Shown here piece by piece: positions 41,565 to 53,100 of a stretch of DNA of 64,000 bases (position 1 is the stretch's first letter; each line of letters opens with the position of its first letter). The notes beneath the pieces were generated by a model, which saw only the letters and a program-made list of their open reading frames with translations, was not told the DNA's origin and ran no database searches. The stretch lies in the IMG/VR virus record IMGVR_UViG_3300037524_001600. One strand, given 5' to 3'. Both the position numbers and the translations under genes were made by a program. Source of the stretch: an uncultured virus (IMG/VR IMGVR_UViG_3300037524_001600) (taxonomy: Duplodnaviria; Heunggongvirae; Uroviricota; Caudoviricetes).

Positions 41565-42155
41565 TCAGAACTGCTCCGGGACCACCTCGATCTGCAGGCG
41601 CAGCTTCTCGGTGATCCCGGCCTTGTTGATGCGCCTGTAGTTAACCGGCAGCTGCTTCAGCGCCAGCTCCACCTCGTACCGGTCCCTCTGCTGCCTGTAG
41701 CACAGCATGAAGTCGGAGCGGGTGTACAGGAGCAGGATGTCGTCCACGGGATTGGTTATGCTCCTCACGTCGTCGTGCACCAGCAGCGGCGAGAACATGT
41801 TCCCGAAGGCCGTGGTGACGTACTGCGACACGGTGGAGTCGTACCAGTACAGCCTGGCGCCGCCGTACTGGCAGTACGCCACGGCCACGTTCATGTTCCT
41901 GTCGAACGCCAGAGACAGCTCCGTGAGGCCCGGTATATTCAGCAGACTGTGCATCTCCCCCGTGGTCAGGTTCCGGATCTTCACCAGCCCGTTGTCGTAC
42001 CAGCAGCGCCAGTCGTGCAGGTCTATGCCCTGCGAGGGGTCCGCCAGCGACACGCCGCCCCTGGCCAGATCCACCAGCAGCTTCCTGTCCTGGTGCTCCG
42101 GCGACAGGACCGTCCCCAGCACCGGGGAGGTGGACTCCCTGCTATCGGGGATCAT
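41565..42155 (-). CDS. Virion structural/tail-associated protein
   Basis: GGVSLADPSQG, LSLAFDRNM, LYWYDS, YRQQRDRY; tail module context. Confidence 0.6.
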   Translation of the reverse strand: MIPDSRESTSPVLGTVLSPEHQDRKLLVDLARGGVSLADPSQGIDLHDWRCWYDNGLVKIRNLTTGEMHSLLNIPGLTELSLAFDRNMNVAVAYCQYGGARLYWYDSTVSQYVTTAFGNMFSPLLVHDDVRSITNPVDDILLLYTRSDFMLCYRQQRDRYEVELALKQLPVNYRRINKAGITEKLRLQIEVVPEQF

Positions 42156-43174
42156 CAGGGGTACCTGCCCCAGGACAGGCGGTACACCATCGTGAACGAC
42201 CTGGTGTCATCCTTCGGGACCCCGTTGTCCCACACGAACTGATAATGGCCCATGCCGTTGCCCAGGTACAGGGCGCCTATCAGCCCGCCGGTGACGTTCC
42301 CGCTCGCCGTGCCGAGCGAGACGCGCACGTCCCTATAGAACGAGTCCTGTATGTAAGAGCCCTCCAGGGCGCCTCCGTCTGGCAGATCCGCATGCGCCGT
42401 GTACGTCGGGCCCGCGGCGTTCAAGGCGCCCAGCGTGGATCCGGTGGCGCAAACCATGCCCCAGTAGTTTACGTAGCCCAGCATGGGATGCGTGGCCAGG
42501 GGCCTCGGCGCGCACCTGATGACCGGGGGCGGCCAGGTGTTCCGCCCGGCCCCGTATACGTCCCCGGCCGTGGTCAGCCCGGTGGCCCTGCCGACGCCCG
42601 TTATCTGGGTGCCGGACACATTTATCGAGAAGTTCGTGTCGCCCAGCGGCGGGTACAGCCGGAACTTGTAGTACACGTCCAGCTGGTCTATTGCCGTCAC
42701 GGGGAACGTGGTGGGGTTCCCGCTGCCATCCTTGACCAGCGCCCTGGAGAACAATGTGGTGCCGTCCCAACCGGCGCCGACCTCTGCGAGGTTGCCCACC
42801 ACAGAACCCTGCGGAAACGACCGCGGGTGCTCGTACGTGATGTGGTACGGGGAGGTCTGCAGGAACGTGTAGCCGCCGCCCGACGCCACCGCGTTCGTGT
42901 GCGCCACCTTCGTCTGCAGCGTGGTGTCCGTTATGGCCGGCGTCGCATTCCCCGTGCCGACGGAGATGAAGTTGATGATCGTGGTGTTATAGTCGTCCGA
43001 GTGCGTCCCCAACCTGTTCAGCCCGGCGTTGGTGATCACGTTATCGAACCAGCCGCTGTCCCTGACGGTGCCGTCGGGTCTCCTGGCGATCAGCCTGTAC
43101 TGCCCACCGCCGATCCTGGGGCCAAGGCCCAAGAGATCTATCTCGGCATACCTTCTCTTCAGGATTTCAAACAA
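42155..43174 (-). CDS. Tail-associated structural protein, paralog A
   Basis: GWFDNVITNAGL, VGTGNATP, GNLAEVG, LFSRAL, DQLDVYY, SWGRYP. Confidence 0.7.
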   Translation of the reverse strand: MFEILKRRYAEIDLLGLGPRIGGGQYRLIARRPDGTVRDSGWFDNVITNAGLNRLGTHSDDYNTTIINFISVGTGNATPAITDTTLQTKVAHTNAVASGGGYTFLQTSPYHITYEHPRSFPQGSVVGNLAEVGAGWDGTTLFSRALVKDGSGNPTTFPVTAIDQLDVYYKFRLYPPLGDTNFSINVSGTQITGVGRATGLTTAGDVYGAGRNTWPPPVIRCAPRPLATHPMLGYVNYWGMVCATGSTLGALNAAGPTYTAHADLPDGGALEGSYIQDSFYRDVRVSLGTASGNVTGGLIGALYLGNGMGHYQFVWDNGVPKDDTRSFTMVYRLSWGRYP

Positions 43175-44219
43175 TTGTCGATTCTCCCGATATTACCGTG
43201 GCCCCCGTCGGACCGTACTCTTCCACGTCGTAGACGGAGAGATCCACGTAGTTGATGGTGGTGTAGGACGCCCCGGACAGTAGCACGGCGTGCCCTATCT
43301 GGTACTCCTCCGTGTCGTACTCGTACAGATCCACATAGGCTATCGTCGTGTACGAGGCCCCGGACAGCAGCACCGCGGTGTGCGGCTGGTACTCCTCTGT
43401 ATCGTACAGGGACAGATCCTTGTAGACGATCATCACCGTGGAGGCCCCGGAAACCAGCGACGCCGACACGACCGTGTAGTCCTCCTGGTTCGGGAACCAC
43501 TGGTACACGGCCATGGATGGCAGGTCGGTCCTCACGCCGTTCGTGTCCACCGCCACCGTGTACGGGGTGGACGTGAATACCGCCGGCAGGAGCTCGTCCG
43601 TGTCCCTGGGGATGCTCTCCACTAGAACCAGCTCCCCGGGATCCATCAGGATGCCGTCCGTGTACCGCATGCCCTGCACGGTGTCCCTGTCGTAGAAGCA
43701 CTCCATGACCACGTCGTCCCCGTGGTACATGTAGGTCTCCGCCAGATCCGCCCGCAGCGGCGGGAACACGCTCACGGCCCCGGACCCGTCGAAGTCCGAC
43801 AGAGTCACGTACACCTTCGAGTGGTTCCCGAACCGCAGGAACGTCCCACGCGGCATGAACCCGGAGTACGCCGGGGCGGACACCTGGGACTCCCCGGCCA
43901 GTCCCCCGTCCGTCAGCAGCACCTTTGACAGGGAGCCCGTCCTGCGGAGGATCACCCCGACGCTCTGCGGCACCAGCACCTCCGTCGGGGAGTGGGTGCC
44001 CTTCGTGACGAGGCTCTTCATGAGCTTGTGGCCGCCGTCGGACATCGGCACGATCCCCGCCGATATCTCCCACCGCTGCGCGGCCACGCTCCTGGTGCGG
44101 CGCAGCAGGGACAGGGAGTCCGAGGGGGTGACCGGGACGTTGCTCCTCACGGCGACAGGCGCCGCGAACACCGCTATCAGCTCCCGGTCCTCTCCGTCCA
44201 GAATTCCGTAGAGGGCCAT
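43167..44219 (-). CDS. Distal tail protein-like, paralog 2, with ~29-aa C-terminal repeats
   Basis: Same core as 40928..41554 plus LLSGASYTTIxYVDL repeats. Confidence 0.7.
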   Translation of the reverse strand: MALYGILDGEDRELIAVFAAPVAVRSNVPVTPSDSLSLLRRTRSVAAQRWEISAGIVPMSDGGHKLMKSLVTKGTHSPTEVLVPQSVGVILRRTGSLSKVLLTDGGLAGESQVSAPAYSGFMPRGTFLRFGNHSKVYVTLSDFDGSGAVSVFPPLRADLAETYMYHGDDVVMECFYDRDTVQGMRYTDGILMDPGELVLVESIPRDTDELLPAVFTSTPYTVAVDTNGVRTDLPSMAVYQWFPNQEDYTVVSASLVSGASTVMIVYKDLSLYDTEEYQPHTAVLLSGASYTTIAYVDLYEYDTEEYQIGHAVLLSGASYTTINYVDLSVYDVEEYGPTGATVISGESTIV

Positions 44220-44220
44220 C

Positions 44221-45156
44221 TCAGTCGTTCCATGAGGATCTGTCCCAGCGGAACGTCACATCCAGGTACATGGTCGAGTCGCTCGATTTGCCGATCACAG
44301 GATCCCACACGAACTGGAAGAAGCCCAGCGTGGTGTGGGCCCTGAGCGCCGACAGGCCCCCGGCCAGGTTCCCGGCGGAGGGCGAAGCCACGTACCGCAC
44401 GGTCCTCTCGAAGCTGTTCGCCACGTAGTCCCTCTTGTACGCGCTCCACCCGTTCCCGGCGGAGATCCCCTGCGTCAGGGCGGCCCCGGTGGGGGATCCG
44501 GTCAGCGGTCCCAGGGACGCCCCAGGCCCGTAAATATACCCGAGGAAACCGGAGCCGTCGCTCTTGGTGTCGAAACCATGGCCCGCCGATATATTCGTTG
44601 GGAGGACAGAGGCCCTTACGGCACCCGTATGCGCCGTTCCGGTGGAGAAGGACAAGGTGCCGTCGCCCAGCGGCGGGTCCACCCTTATCAGGTAAAAGAC
44701 GTCCAGGTACTCGTCCGGCAGAACGGTGACGGAGGTCGGCTCCCTGGCGGAGTCGCGTATCCTGGAGCGCGCGAACAGGCCGTCGATCGCCCACCCGATG
44801 CCGACCTCCGACAGCTCGGTGGGCTCCGTGACGAATCCCGCGTAGAATCTCTTGGCGACCACTCGATCCACGTAGAACGGGCTCTCGTCCATCTCGATGT
44901 TCTGCGCTCCGACCGGGCTGTTGGAGCTTGTGAAGGCAACCAGGTCCTGCATCTGCGTGTCCGACGTGGAGGACGGCGCCGTGCCGCTCCCCACGTGGAT
45001 GTGTGTGCACAGGTCTCCGGTATTGGTGCCCATGCGGTTCATACCGAGGTCTGTTATGATATTGGGGCACCACCCGGCCAACCTCCTCACACCCCTCGGG
45101 CCGCCCGCGACCAGCCCGAACGTACCGCGCAACCTAGAGGTGGGTAACACTATCAC
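44221..45156 (-). CDS. Tail-associated structural protein, paralog B
   Basis: GWCPNIITDLG, VGSGTAP, LSEVGIGW, LFARSRI, EYLDVFY. Confidence 0.7.
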   Translation of the reverse strand: MIVLPTSRLRGTFGLVAGGPRGVRRLAGWCPNIITDLGMNRMGTNTGDLCTHIHVGSGTAPSSTSDTQMQDLVAFTSSNSPVGAQNIEMDESPFYVDRVVAKRFYAGFVTEPTELSEVGIGWAIDGLFARSRIRDSAREPTSVTVLPDEYLDVFYLIRVDPPLGDGTLSFSTGTAHTGAVRASVLPTNISAGHGFDTKSDGSGFLGYIYGPGASLGPLTGSPTGAALTQGISAGNGWSAYKRDYVANSFERTVRYVASPSAGNLAGGLSALRAHTTLGFFQFVWDPVIGKSSDSTMYLDVTFRWDRSSWND

Positions 45157-46145
45157 GGGTATCTCCCCCAGGAGACCCGTCTAGTCAGCTTCAGAGTCTT
45201 CGTATTGTCTTTAGGTATTCCCGGCGTCCAGACACACTGGTACACACCACCCATGCCTTCCCAAAGTTTATATCCACCGACACCGCCGGCAAAATTGGCA
45301 TTCCCAGTGGCCCAGTTGTGCTCCACTGTCTGCGTATAGCTGCCATTGACGTACGCCGGCAACGTGGACGGAGCGCCTACCCCGGAGAAAACATTCATGA
45401 ACTCCATACCACTATTATTCGCGTGATCGGCGGTAACCGCCGCCAGAGAGGCCCCGGCCGGGTATAGGTAGCCATAGCCACCGACACCAGTCCACGCCGC
45501 TGCTCCTCCCACATACGTGGCCCCTGTATTGCTGAATTGCCAGTAACTTGAGCCCGCATTCAGTATCCGTCCTTGATAGCTGTAGTCGACACCGGAGATG
45601 TTCACAGTACCGGAGGTGTCCTCGAGTGGTGGGTACATGGTGATCTTGTACCTCACATCCAACTGGTCCAGTGAGGTGATGGAGAGGGTCGTCGGATTCC
45701 CCCCGGCGTCCTTTATCAGGGACCTAGCGAACAGCGAGTTATTAGCCCAACCCACCCCCACCTCTGACATGTTACCGACCACAGCCCCCTGCGGAAATGC
45801 ATATCCGAACTGCCGTGTCACGTAGTAGGTTGGAGACGGCCCGTACACGAGACCGGTAACGGTGGCCGAAGTAGTGGTCCAGGCGGACAGGGCCTGCAAC
45901 TGCGTGTCTGTGAATGCCGGAGTCGAATTACCGGTGCCAATGGCTACCCCGGCTATCATCGGTTGATTCATCGGGGCTACTTGTCCGATTCTATCAAGTC
46001 CTATATTAGTTATCACATTCGGAAACCAGCCCGTATCGACGCGGACAATGCCGCCTCTCTTTAGCGTCAGGTTGAATTCTCCTCGGAGACGCTGGGCTGG
46101 GAACTCCGTCACCAGGTCAATATAGCGTCTGCGTAAAAGAATCAT
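45153..46145 (-). CDS. Tail-associated structural protein, paralog C
   Basis: GWFPNVITNIGL, IGTGNSTP, GNMSEVG, LFARSL, DQLDVRY, SWGRYP. Confidence 0.7.
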   Translation of the reverse strand: MILLRRRYIDLVTEFPAQRLRGEFNLTLKRGGIVRVDTGWFPNVITNIGLDRIGQVAPMNQPMIAGVAIGTGNSTPAFTDTQLQALSAWTTTSATVTGLVYGPSPTYYVTRQFGYAFPQGAVVGNMSEVGVGWANNSLFARSLIKDAGGNPTTLSITSLDQLDVRYKITMYPPLEDTSGTVNISGVDYSYQGRILNAGSSYWQFSNTGATYVGGAAAWTGVGGYGYLYPAGASLAAVTADHANNSGMEFMNVFSGVGAPSTLPAYVNGSYTQTVEHNWATGNANFAGGVGGYKLWEGMGGVYQCVWTPGIPKDNTKTLKLTRRVSWGRYP

Positions 46146-47176
46146 GTCAAAGAACCTCCTTCCAGATTTGAAGTGTTCGTGATATCGTCAGGAATAGCAT
46201 GGTCGTAATCCACATATACAATAGTCACTGTGAGGACGCCCCCGATCAGGTTCGACGTGTTAGTAATCTCTTCCGGTGGCTCATGGTCGTAATCCTTGTA
46301 CACAATAACCACTGTGAGTGTGCCGCCTGTCAGTTCCGATGTGTTGCGAATGTCCTCGGGCACTACGTGATCGTAGTCCAGGTACACAATGGTGGCCGTC
46401 AGGACGCCGCCGACGAGTCTGGAGGTATTTGTTACTGACAGCTCTTCCAGACTCCACAGCACCGCCAATAGCTCCGGCAGGTCCGTCCTCACCCCGTTGG
46501 TGTCCACCGCCACCGTGTAGGGGGTGGAGGTCACCACCTCCGGTAGCAGTTCCGACACGTCCCGCGGAACGCTCTCGACGAACCTGATGCGGTCCACGGA
46601 CATCAGTATCCCGTCCGCGAAATGCATGCCCTGGACCGTGTCCACGTCCGCGTGGCACACCATCACCACGTCGTCCCATCTGTACAGGTAGGTGGCGTCC
46701 GCGTCGGTGCGCAGCTGCGGGAACACCCTCACGGACCCCGGCCCGCTCAGGTCCTCCAGCGTCGTGTACACCTTCGTCCCGTTGCCCAGCCGGAACATCG
46801 TCCCGCGGGGCATCAGGCCGTCGTTGGACGCCAGCGCGAGGGTCCACGAGCCGGCCGCGCCCGCGCCGGACAGGAGCACCTTCCCGGGGGAGTGCGTGCG
46901 CCGCAGCACCACCCCGACGCTCTGAGGCAGCAGCACCCTGTACTCGTCCGAGAGGCCCCTCCGGACGAACTCGTTGAATGCCGCCTGCCCGGACGCGGAC
47001 AGCGGCTCCAGCCCCGTCTCCAGCTCCCACCTCTGCGCCGCCTCGGCCCGCGCGCTCCTGCGCAGGGCCAGGGAGTCGTGCGCGTCGACCGGGACGCGAC
47101 TGACCAGGGACAGCGGGGCCGTCAGTCTGGCGGCCAGCTCGTCGTCCTCACCGTGCAGCAGTCCGTAGACGCTCAC
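46142..47176 (-). CDS. Distal tail protein-like, paralog 3, with ~28-aa C-terminal repeats
   Basis: Immediately after the TMP; same core plus NTSxLxGGxLTxxIVYxDYDH repeats. Confidence 0.7.
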   Translation of the reverse strand: MSVYGLLHGEDDELAARLTAPLSLVSRVPVDAHDSLALRRSARAEAAQRWELETGLEPLSASGQAAFNEFVRRGLSDEYRVLLPQSVGVVLRRTHSPGKVLLSGAGAAGSWTLALASNDGLMPRGTMFRLGNGTKVYTTLEDLSGPGSVRVFPQLRTDADATYLYRWDDVVMVCHADVDTVQGMHFADGILMSVDRIRFVESVPRDVSELLPEVVTSTPYTVAVDTNGVRTDLPELLAVLWSLEELSVTNTSRLVGGVLTATIVYLDYDHVVPEDIRNTSELTGGTLTVVIVYKDYDHEPPEEITNTSNLIGGVLTVTIVYVDYDHAIPDDITNTSNLEGGSLT

Positions 47177-50100
47177 GGCTTGTATCCCTTCTCCTTGTTG
47201 TGCACGTTGACGCCCTCGGCTATCCGGGGCAGCATCTGCATGACCTCCATGCGCGTCTGCCGGCTGACATCGCCCGTTATATTCAGATTGACGATAACCG
47301 GAGAGGCCCTGGAGCCGCCGGACTGCACCGGCCTCACGGCCTCGCCGCGCCTGGTCACCATGCCTCCGTCGGAGAATCCGCGTATGCTGCCCGCGTTAAT
47401 GGCGGTAAGAAGGGGCAGGAACCGCTTGGTCTGGGCGGCGTTCACCACGAACTCCCCGTCGCTGAGCATGGCGGGTATGGAGTCGGAGGTCGGGGTGCCC
47501 GGCCCGGACACGGGGCCGCCGGAGGCAAACACGCCCGCCACCGCCGTGGTGGCCTGCAGGGACAGTATGGCGCCGACTATCATCGACGTGGAGCTGTATA
47601 TGGCCGACGTTATCAGTCCGGTGGAAGCCGTCGTGGCCGCCAGCTGGGCCTGCGCGGTCGCCGTCTGCGCCGTCTGGCCGAAAACCATCGTGGAGAAGAA
47701 TCCCGAGATGGCCGTCAAGATCGGCGCCAGTGCGCCGGTCTGGTCTACGGATCCCTCGGCCTCCCCCGGGGCCGCGCCCGTCCCCATGGCCTCCCCGCCG
47801 GGGGCCCCTGCGCCGGAGAACAGGCCGAACACGCCCTTCACCAGACCGGCCCCCGCGGAGAATATCTCCTTCCCGGCGGCCTCGACGAGTCCCTTTCCGG
47901 CGGTCTCCTTTATGCCCTGGATGAATCCGTCTATGAACTGGTCTATTATCGCGTTGGTGACGCCGTCCATTACGGTGTTCAGGAAATTCCGGAATATGCC
48001 GATGCTCTCGTCCTGCTTCCTCGCCCTGAACAGGTCCGCGAAGGACTGCTTTATGGAGCCCTCTATACCCTCCACGAACCGCCTCCCCGCCCCTAGGAAG
48101 TTCTTCCTGCCGCTGTCCAGGCTCTCCACCAGGTCGGACAGGCCGAACCGAAGCGCCTCCGCCTGGGTGGCGTACAGCCTGCGCGTCTCTTCTGGCAGAG
48201 TCTTGTCGAAACGTATCGCCCTGACCTTGGCGTCTATCTCGTCCGCGTACGAGGACAGAAGAGCGAGCTGGGCGTCCGTGCTGGCGTACAGGACCTCCGG
48301 GTCCAGGGAGACACCGACCTTCGCCAGCTTCAGCCTGGCCGCGTCGAACGCGTCGTAAACGCTCTCCACGCCGCTGGCCACAGCGCCCCTGAGGGCCTCC
48401 GTCCTGGCGGTGATGGACCGCTGTATGGTCGCGTCATCCACGCCTGCAGTCTCGGACGGCACCCCGGGCGCCGCCGGGGACGCGATGTACCCGACGGCCG
48501 GGGCCGGGCCCCTGGAGACACCCCTGAAGGCGTCCTCCAGATGCTTCACGGCGTCGGTCAGATTCTCCATCGCCATTATCTGCTTCGCCTCCGGGCTCTC
48601 GTTCAGGGACTCCAGGCTGCGTCTGAAGTGGTCCTCGAACAAAGGTCCCAGTCTCTCCAGCACCTCTACCGGCGACATCGTGGCGTCCGCCAGGAGGGCG
48701 CGCATCTCCTTCACGCGGGCCAGGCCCAGCGGGTCCGACTCCAGCTCGTCGGTGACGTTCAGCAGGCCGGACTCGAAGACGTCGCCTATGGTCTTTATGG
48801 CTGCGGCCTGCTTCTGGAAGAAGGCTCGCTGCTTGGCGCTCAGGCCCACGTAGTCCTCGAACTCCAGCTGCAGGTCCTTTATGACGGACGACACGCGCTC
48901 GAAGCCGGCCCTGGCCCCCTCGTATGTCATGCGCTCCAGGTCCGCGCGGTAGTTCGCGAGTATACCCTGGAGCCGGAACCCGGCGGAGATCCTGTCCAGC
49001 CGCTGGAACACGGACCGCATCTGGTCCTCGGTGAACACGTCGGAGGCCTTGATGTCCTTCATTACCAGATCGAAGTACTTAGCCGCGGCCGTCATGGCCC
49101 CGCGCAGCCTCGGCGATATCTCCAGAAGCGCCCTCTCGGGTATCTGCGTCTCGAACACGTTGCTGATGAGTCCGGCGATATCCTCAACGGAACTCATTAC
49201 GAGTGTCTTGGCGCGCTCGAACTGGCGCTCTATCCGGGCCATATCCCGCACCGTGGCCGTGAGCCCCCTGTCGTCAGTCCGGCTCAGCGTGCGCTGCCTG
49301 GAGGCTCCCAGCTCGGACAGCTTACGAAGATCACTCTCCCCGATCCGGAGCATCGACCTGTACGAATCTCCGACGACCTCTCTGGCGTTGTTCAGCACCT
49401 TGGAGGGTGTATTGTTGAGCGTCTTTTCGTACTCCGCCCGCAGCTCCCTGAGGGCCTTCTTCTGGCGCTCGGCCAGAGCCCGCAGCTCGTCGAAGCTGAG
49501 GTTCTTCGAATTCTCCCTGGACATCAATTTGTTAACGGTGTACAGCTCCGTGGACAGTTTGCGCAGATCCTCCAGCGTGCCGTCTCCCAGCTTGACCATG
49601 TCCTCGAGCGTGAAGGAGAACCCGCCGGAGGAGAGATCCGACATCATGTCGGACAGGGTCCTCGCGGGCTCCAGTGCGTCCTGGATGGACAGCCGGAGCT
49701 CCTCCATGCGCACGATCTGGGGCCCGGTGGCGTCGCCGAACTTCGTCTTGCTCGTCAGATCATTCAGCTCCATGATCTGGCCGTTCAGGGCGTCTATCTC
49801 GGCCTGAGTCTTGCGCAGCAGAATATTGGCCGGGACGGTGAATCCGAGCCGCGTGGCTATGTCTCTGACGCCCAGGGACACGCCCTCCCGGCCGGAGAAG
49901 GCCCCGGTGACCGCCCGGTCCAGCTCGCGGCTCTTGGCGGCTATGAGATCGTCCAGTTTTCCCTCGGTCACGGCCGACTGTAGGTCCAGACTGTTCCACA
50001 CGTTCAGCTCGGGCACCTGGACCACCAGATTCTTCTCGCGGATCTTCCCAACGGCCTTGTCGACCGCCTCAAGCTGCAGCTCGTTTAGCGTCGCGATGTC

Positions 50101-53100
50101 CCTGGCGATCCGTTCGGTCTCGGCCGCCAGTCCCGCCCTGTTGACGGCCGCCACGGTGTTCTTGCCGAAATCGGCGCCTATCGCCGAGAAGGACAGCTCC
50201 AGATTGGACAGGCTGCTCCTGAGAATCCTCTTGGCGTCCTCGGCTATCTTCTCGATGTTTTCCCGGGATATGGCCAGCTTTATCAGTATCTCATTGCGCT
50301 CCTCCGCGCTCCGAACCTGTTTCAGCCGCTTCGACAGCCTCTCAACCTCCCTCGAGATCTCTCGGATGCGGTCCAGATCGGGGCTGCCCGACACGAACAG
50401 CTCCTTGGTATCCAGAGAGATCCCGCCCTGCTGCAGCCTGTTCTGTATCTCCGCGATGTCCTTGGCGAATGCCGACGCCTCTCGGGCCCTGCGGTCGAAC
50501 TCCACGAGCCTGTTCAGGGCCGCCTCCGCTGCCGAACTGTACAGATCATAGGTCTGCAGCAGCTGCGGGTCCACCTTGGACGGGTCGTAGAAGCCCTTCC
50601 AGTTTACAGCCTGTTTGTTTATCTCGGTCTGAACGGCTTGATACCTCTGTAGTGCCCTGGTGACCTCCTCTATTATCTCCGGGTCTTCCGTCTTGACCAC
50701 TCTGGCCTTCTTTATCAGCTCATCTATCCTGGACTCCTGGCTCGACAAGGGGCGGTACTCGGCAGAGTAGGATTTATTCAGGAACGCCGCATTTATCCGA
50801 TTAATCTCCTGCTGGTAGAAGCGGACCATATCCTTATTGCCGGAGTCCCGCGCCTTACTTTGCAGGTCACGCAAGACCTCTATATCTCGTTTGTACAGCC
50901 TCTGTAGAGGTTTCTCCTCGAATTGCCCGGAAAGGAATCTTTGAACTAGACTGACCCGCTCCAATTTTCTGAACCCATTGGAGATCTCCTGCGTTATCTC
51001 ATTGAAGTCCTTTGCTCCGCGCTGTGCCAACTTTTCTACGAATTTATTGAATGCGCGGTTCTGATTGAGGATTTCCTGTCGGGTGGCCTCCGTGACCGCA
51101 CCCTCGAAATAATCCTCTTTCTTGGCCTTTAAAATGGTTTCCTCGAGTTCCTTTCTCTTCTCCTCGAATTGCTTCTTCTCCTCGGCACCGATCTTACCGA
51201 GATTGACTCTGGATAGATCGTAACCCACCCCGAGACTGAGCTGCTCGTTGGCCTGATAAGCGGCCTCGGACATCCCGAGCGGGTTCTTTGGGGCCGTCTT
51301 CCACAAACCAGTTATCTTACCGACCCAGGCCCAGATGTCCTTCAGCGTCTCTATCGGATTATCCTTGCCGAACAGTAGCAATGCCACCAGGCCGATGCCC
51401 CCCAGTAAGAGAGCCTTGAAACTGAACACAAAGGATGCTATCGCCAATAATATTCTGCCCAGGGCCCCAAATATACCTTTAAATATAGCGCCCGGTAACG
51501 CCTGGGCCAGCATGGAGGCCACTACACCTGCCACGACGCTCCACACCTCGTCCGCACCGAAAACACTGGCCATGAAGCCGACCACCAGACCGGTCAGCGG
51601 TCCTCTCGCGCTAACGAACGCCCGGGCCAGACTACCTAGCACACCCTTACCGGCCATGGCCAGCGCGAACCTGGCTGCGATGTCCTCCGCAAGCTGTTTG
51701 AACGCATTGCCCAGCAGTCTGAAGGTACTGGGTATTGTCTTCAGTAGCACGTCTTTCAGGGCCACCACCATCTCGCCGGATATAGACTGTACCAAGGCAC
51801 CTACGATCACCCCGGCCACCGTGCTCCATATCGCATCTGCCCCCAGTGCGCTGGCCAGCAGTCCCGCCACCGCGCCGGCCAGAGTGCCGCGAAGTGCGGC
51901 TAGTGAGTACAAAAGACCGCCTAATATCCCCTTTCCGGCTAGTACCGCGGCCGCCTTTTCCGCTAGTGTGGACAGCAGAGCCGGGACGGCCTTACGCAGG
52001 AACGCAACAGCAGCCAGTAACCCGGCAATTAGGGTCCTACTGAAACCGAACAGGCGGCGTGTAGCCAAACTCCACGCCACCTCCACCGCGGCGAACACGT
52101 ACAAGGCATAGTCCAGAAAGTCTTGGAAAAGCCACTTCGTTTTGCGGAGCCACGTCTCTGTCGCGGTCTCCTGCGAACGCAGCGCCGATACCCTCTCGTT
52201 GAAACCCTCGAACAGAATGTCCCTATCGCCCAGAGAGCCTTGACCTCCCTTAGCCAGAGCGGCTGTCGACAATAGCGCCAGACCGCCCAGCAGGGCTCCA
52301 CCCAACAGCCACTTCGCGTTCTTACCGAGTAACAGATTGCCAAGCAGACCGTGGGGACCCGCCCTTGCGGACATGGCCGTGACGCGAGAATTAATCTTGT
52401 CCAGGGCACTGGTGACGGAGGACACGAGGTTAGTGCCGACCCCTCTGTTGAACAGGAAACTCATGTCGGCCAACATCCTGCCAAACCCGCTCCGGACATC
52501 CTTCGCAGCCTCTTTGAATCCTCTGAAGGTGTTTTTCCATAGCCCTCGCGCGCGTGATCCCACCATGTCTAATGTCTTAATCCATTCGGGACCGAATATC
52601 AGTTGCATCAGCTTGCCGCCAAATGTTCCGCCCAGCGACGTCGCGGCCTCTATGGACTTTTTGATGAATACGTCTATCGCCGCCTGTCCGAACTTGATAG
52701 CACGGGTGGACACAGACTGACTCGGGTCTCCCCCGAACAGGGCGTCGAACAGGGGGGCGAGAGACGGTCCCGCAAGGAACTTCTTCGCCTGATCTGTTAA
52801 TAGATTTTTCAGAGGTAGTGTGACATTCTCCGCGAACAGAGAAGTGATCTTGTCCAGCCCCCTATTGCCGGTAAGTAGCAGGAACAATGACGCGGTGTCT
52901 AGCATCAACTTGGTAAACGGCGCCTTGGACAGTACCGAGTCGAAGGCACCCAGAGCCGAGGCGATGCTAGTAAGGCCGGCCACGATCCTCACGGGTCCGG
53001 GTCCTCCGTACAGAAATTCCCCGATGGCGCCCCAGTTCTTCCCACGCGAACTCATGAACTTCTGCAGTGTCTCGAACAGGCCCTCGACGCCACCCTTGGC

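Noticed and set aside
40928..47176. Possible diversity-generating retroelement among repeated tail genes
   Set aside because: There is no reverse transcriptase in the window, and differences between copies are mostly synonymous or general rather than adenine-specific.
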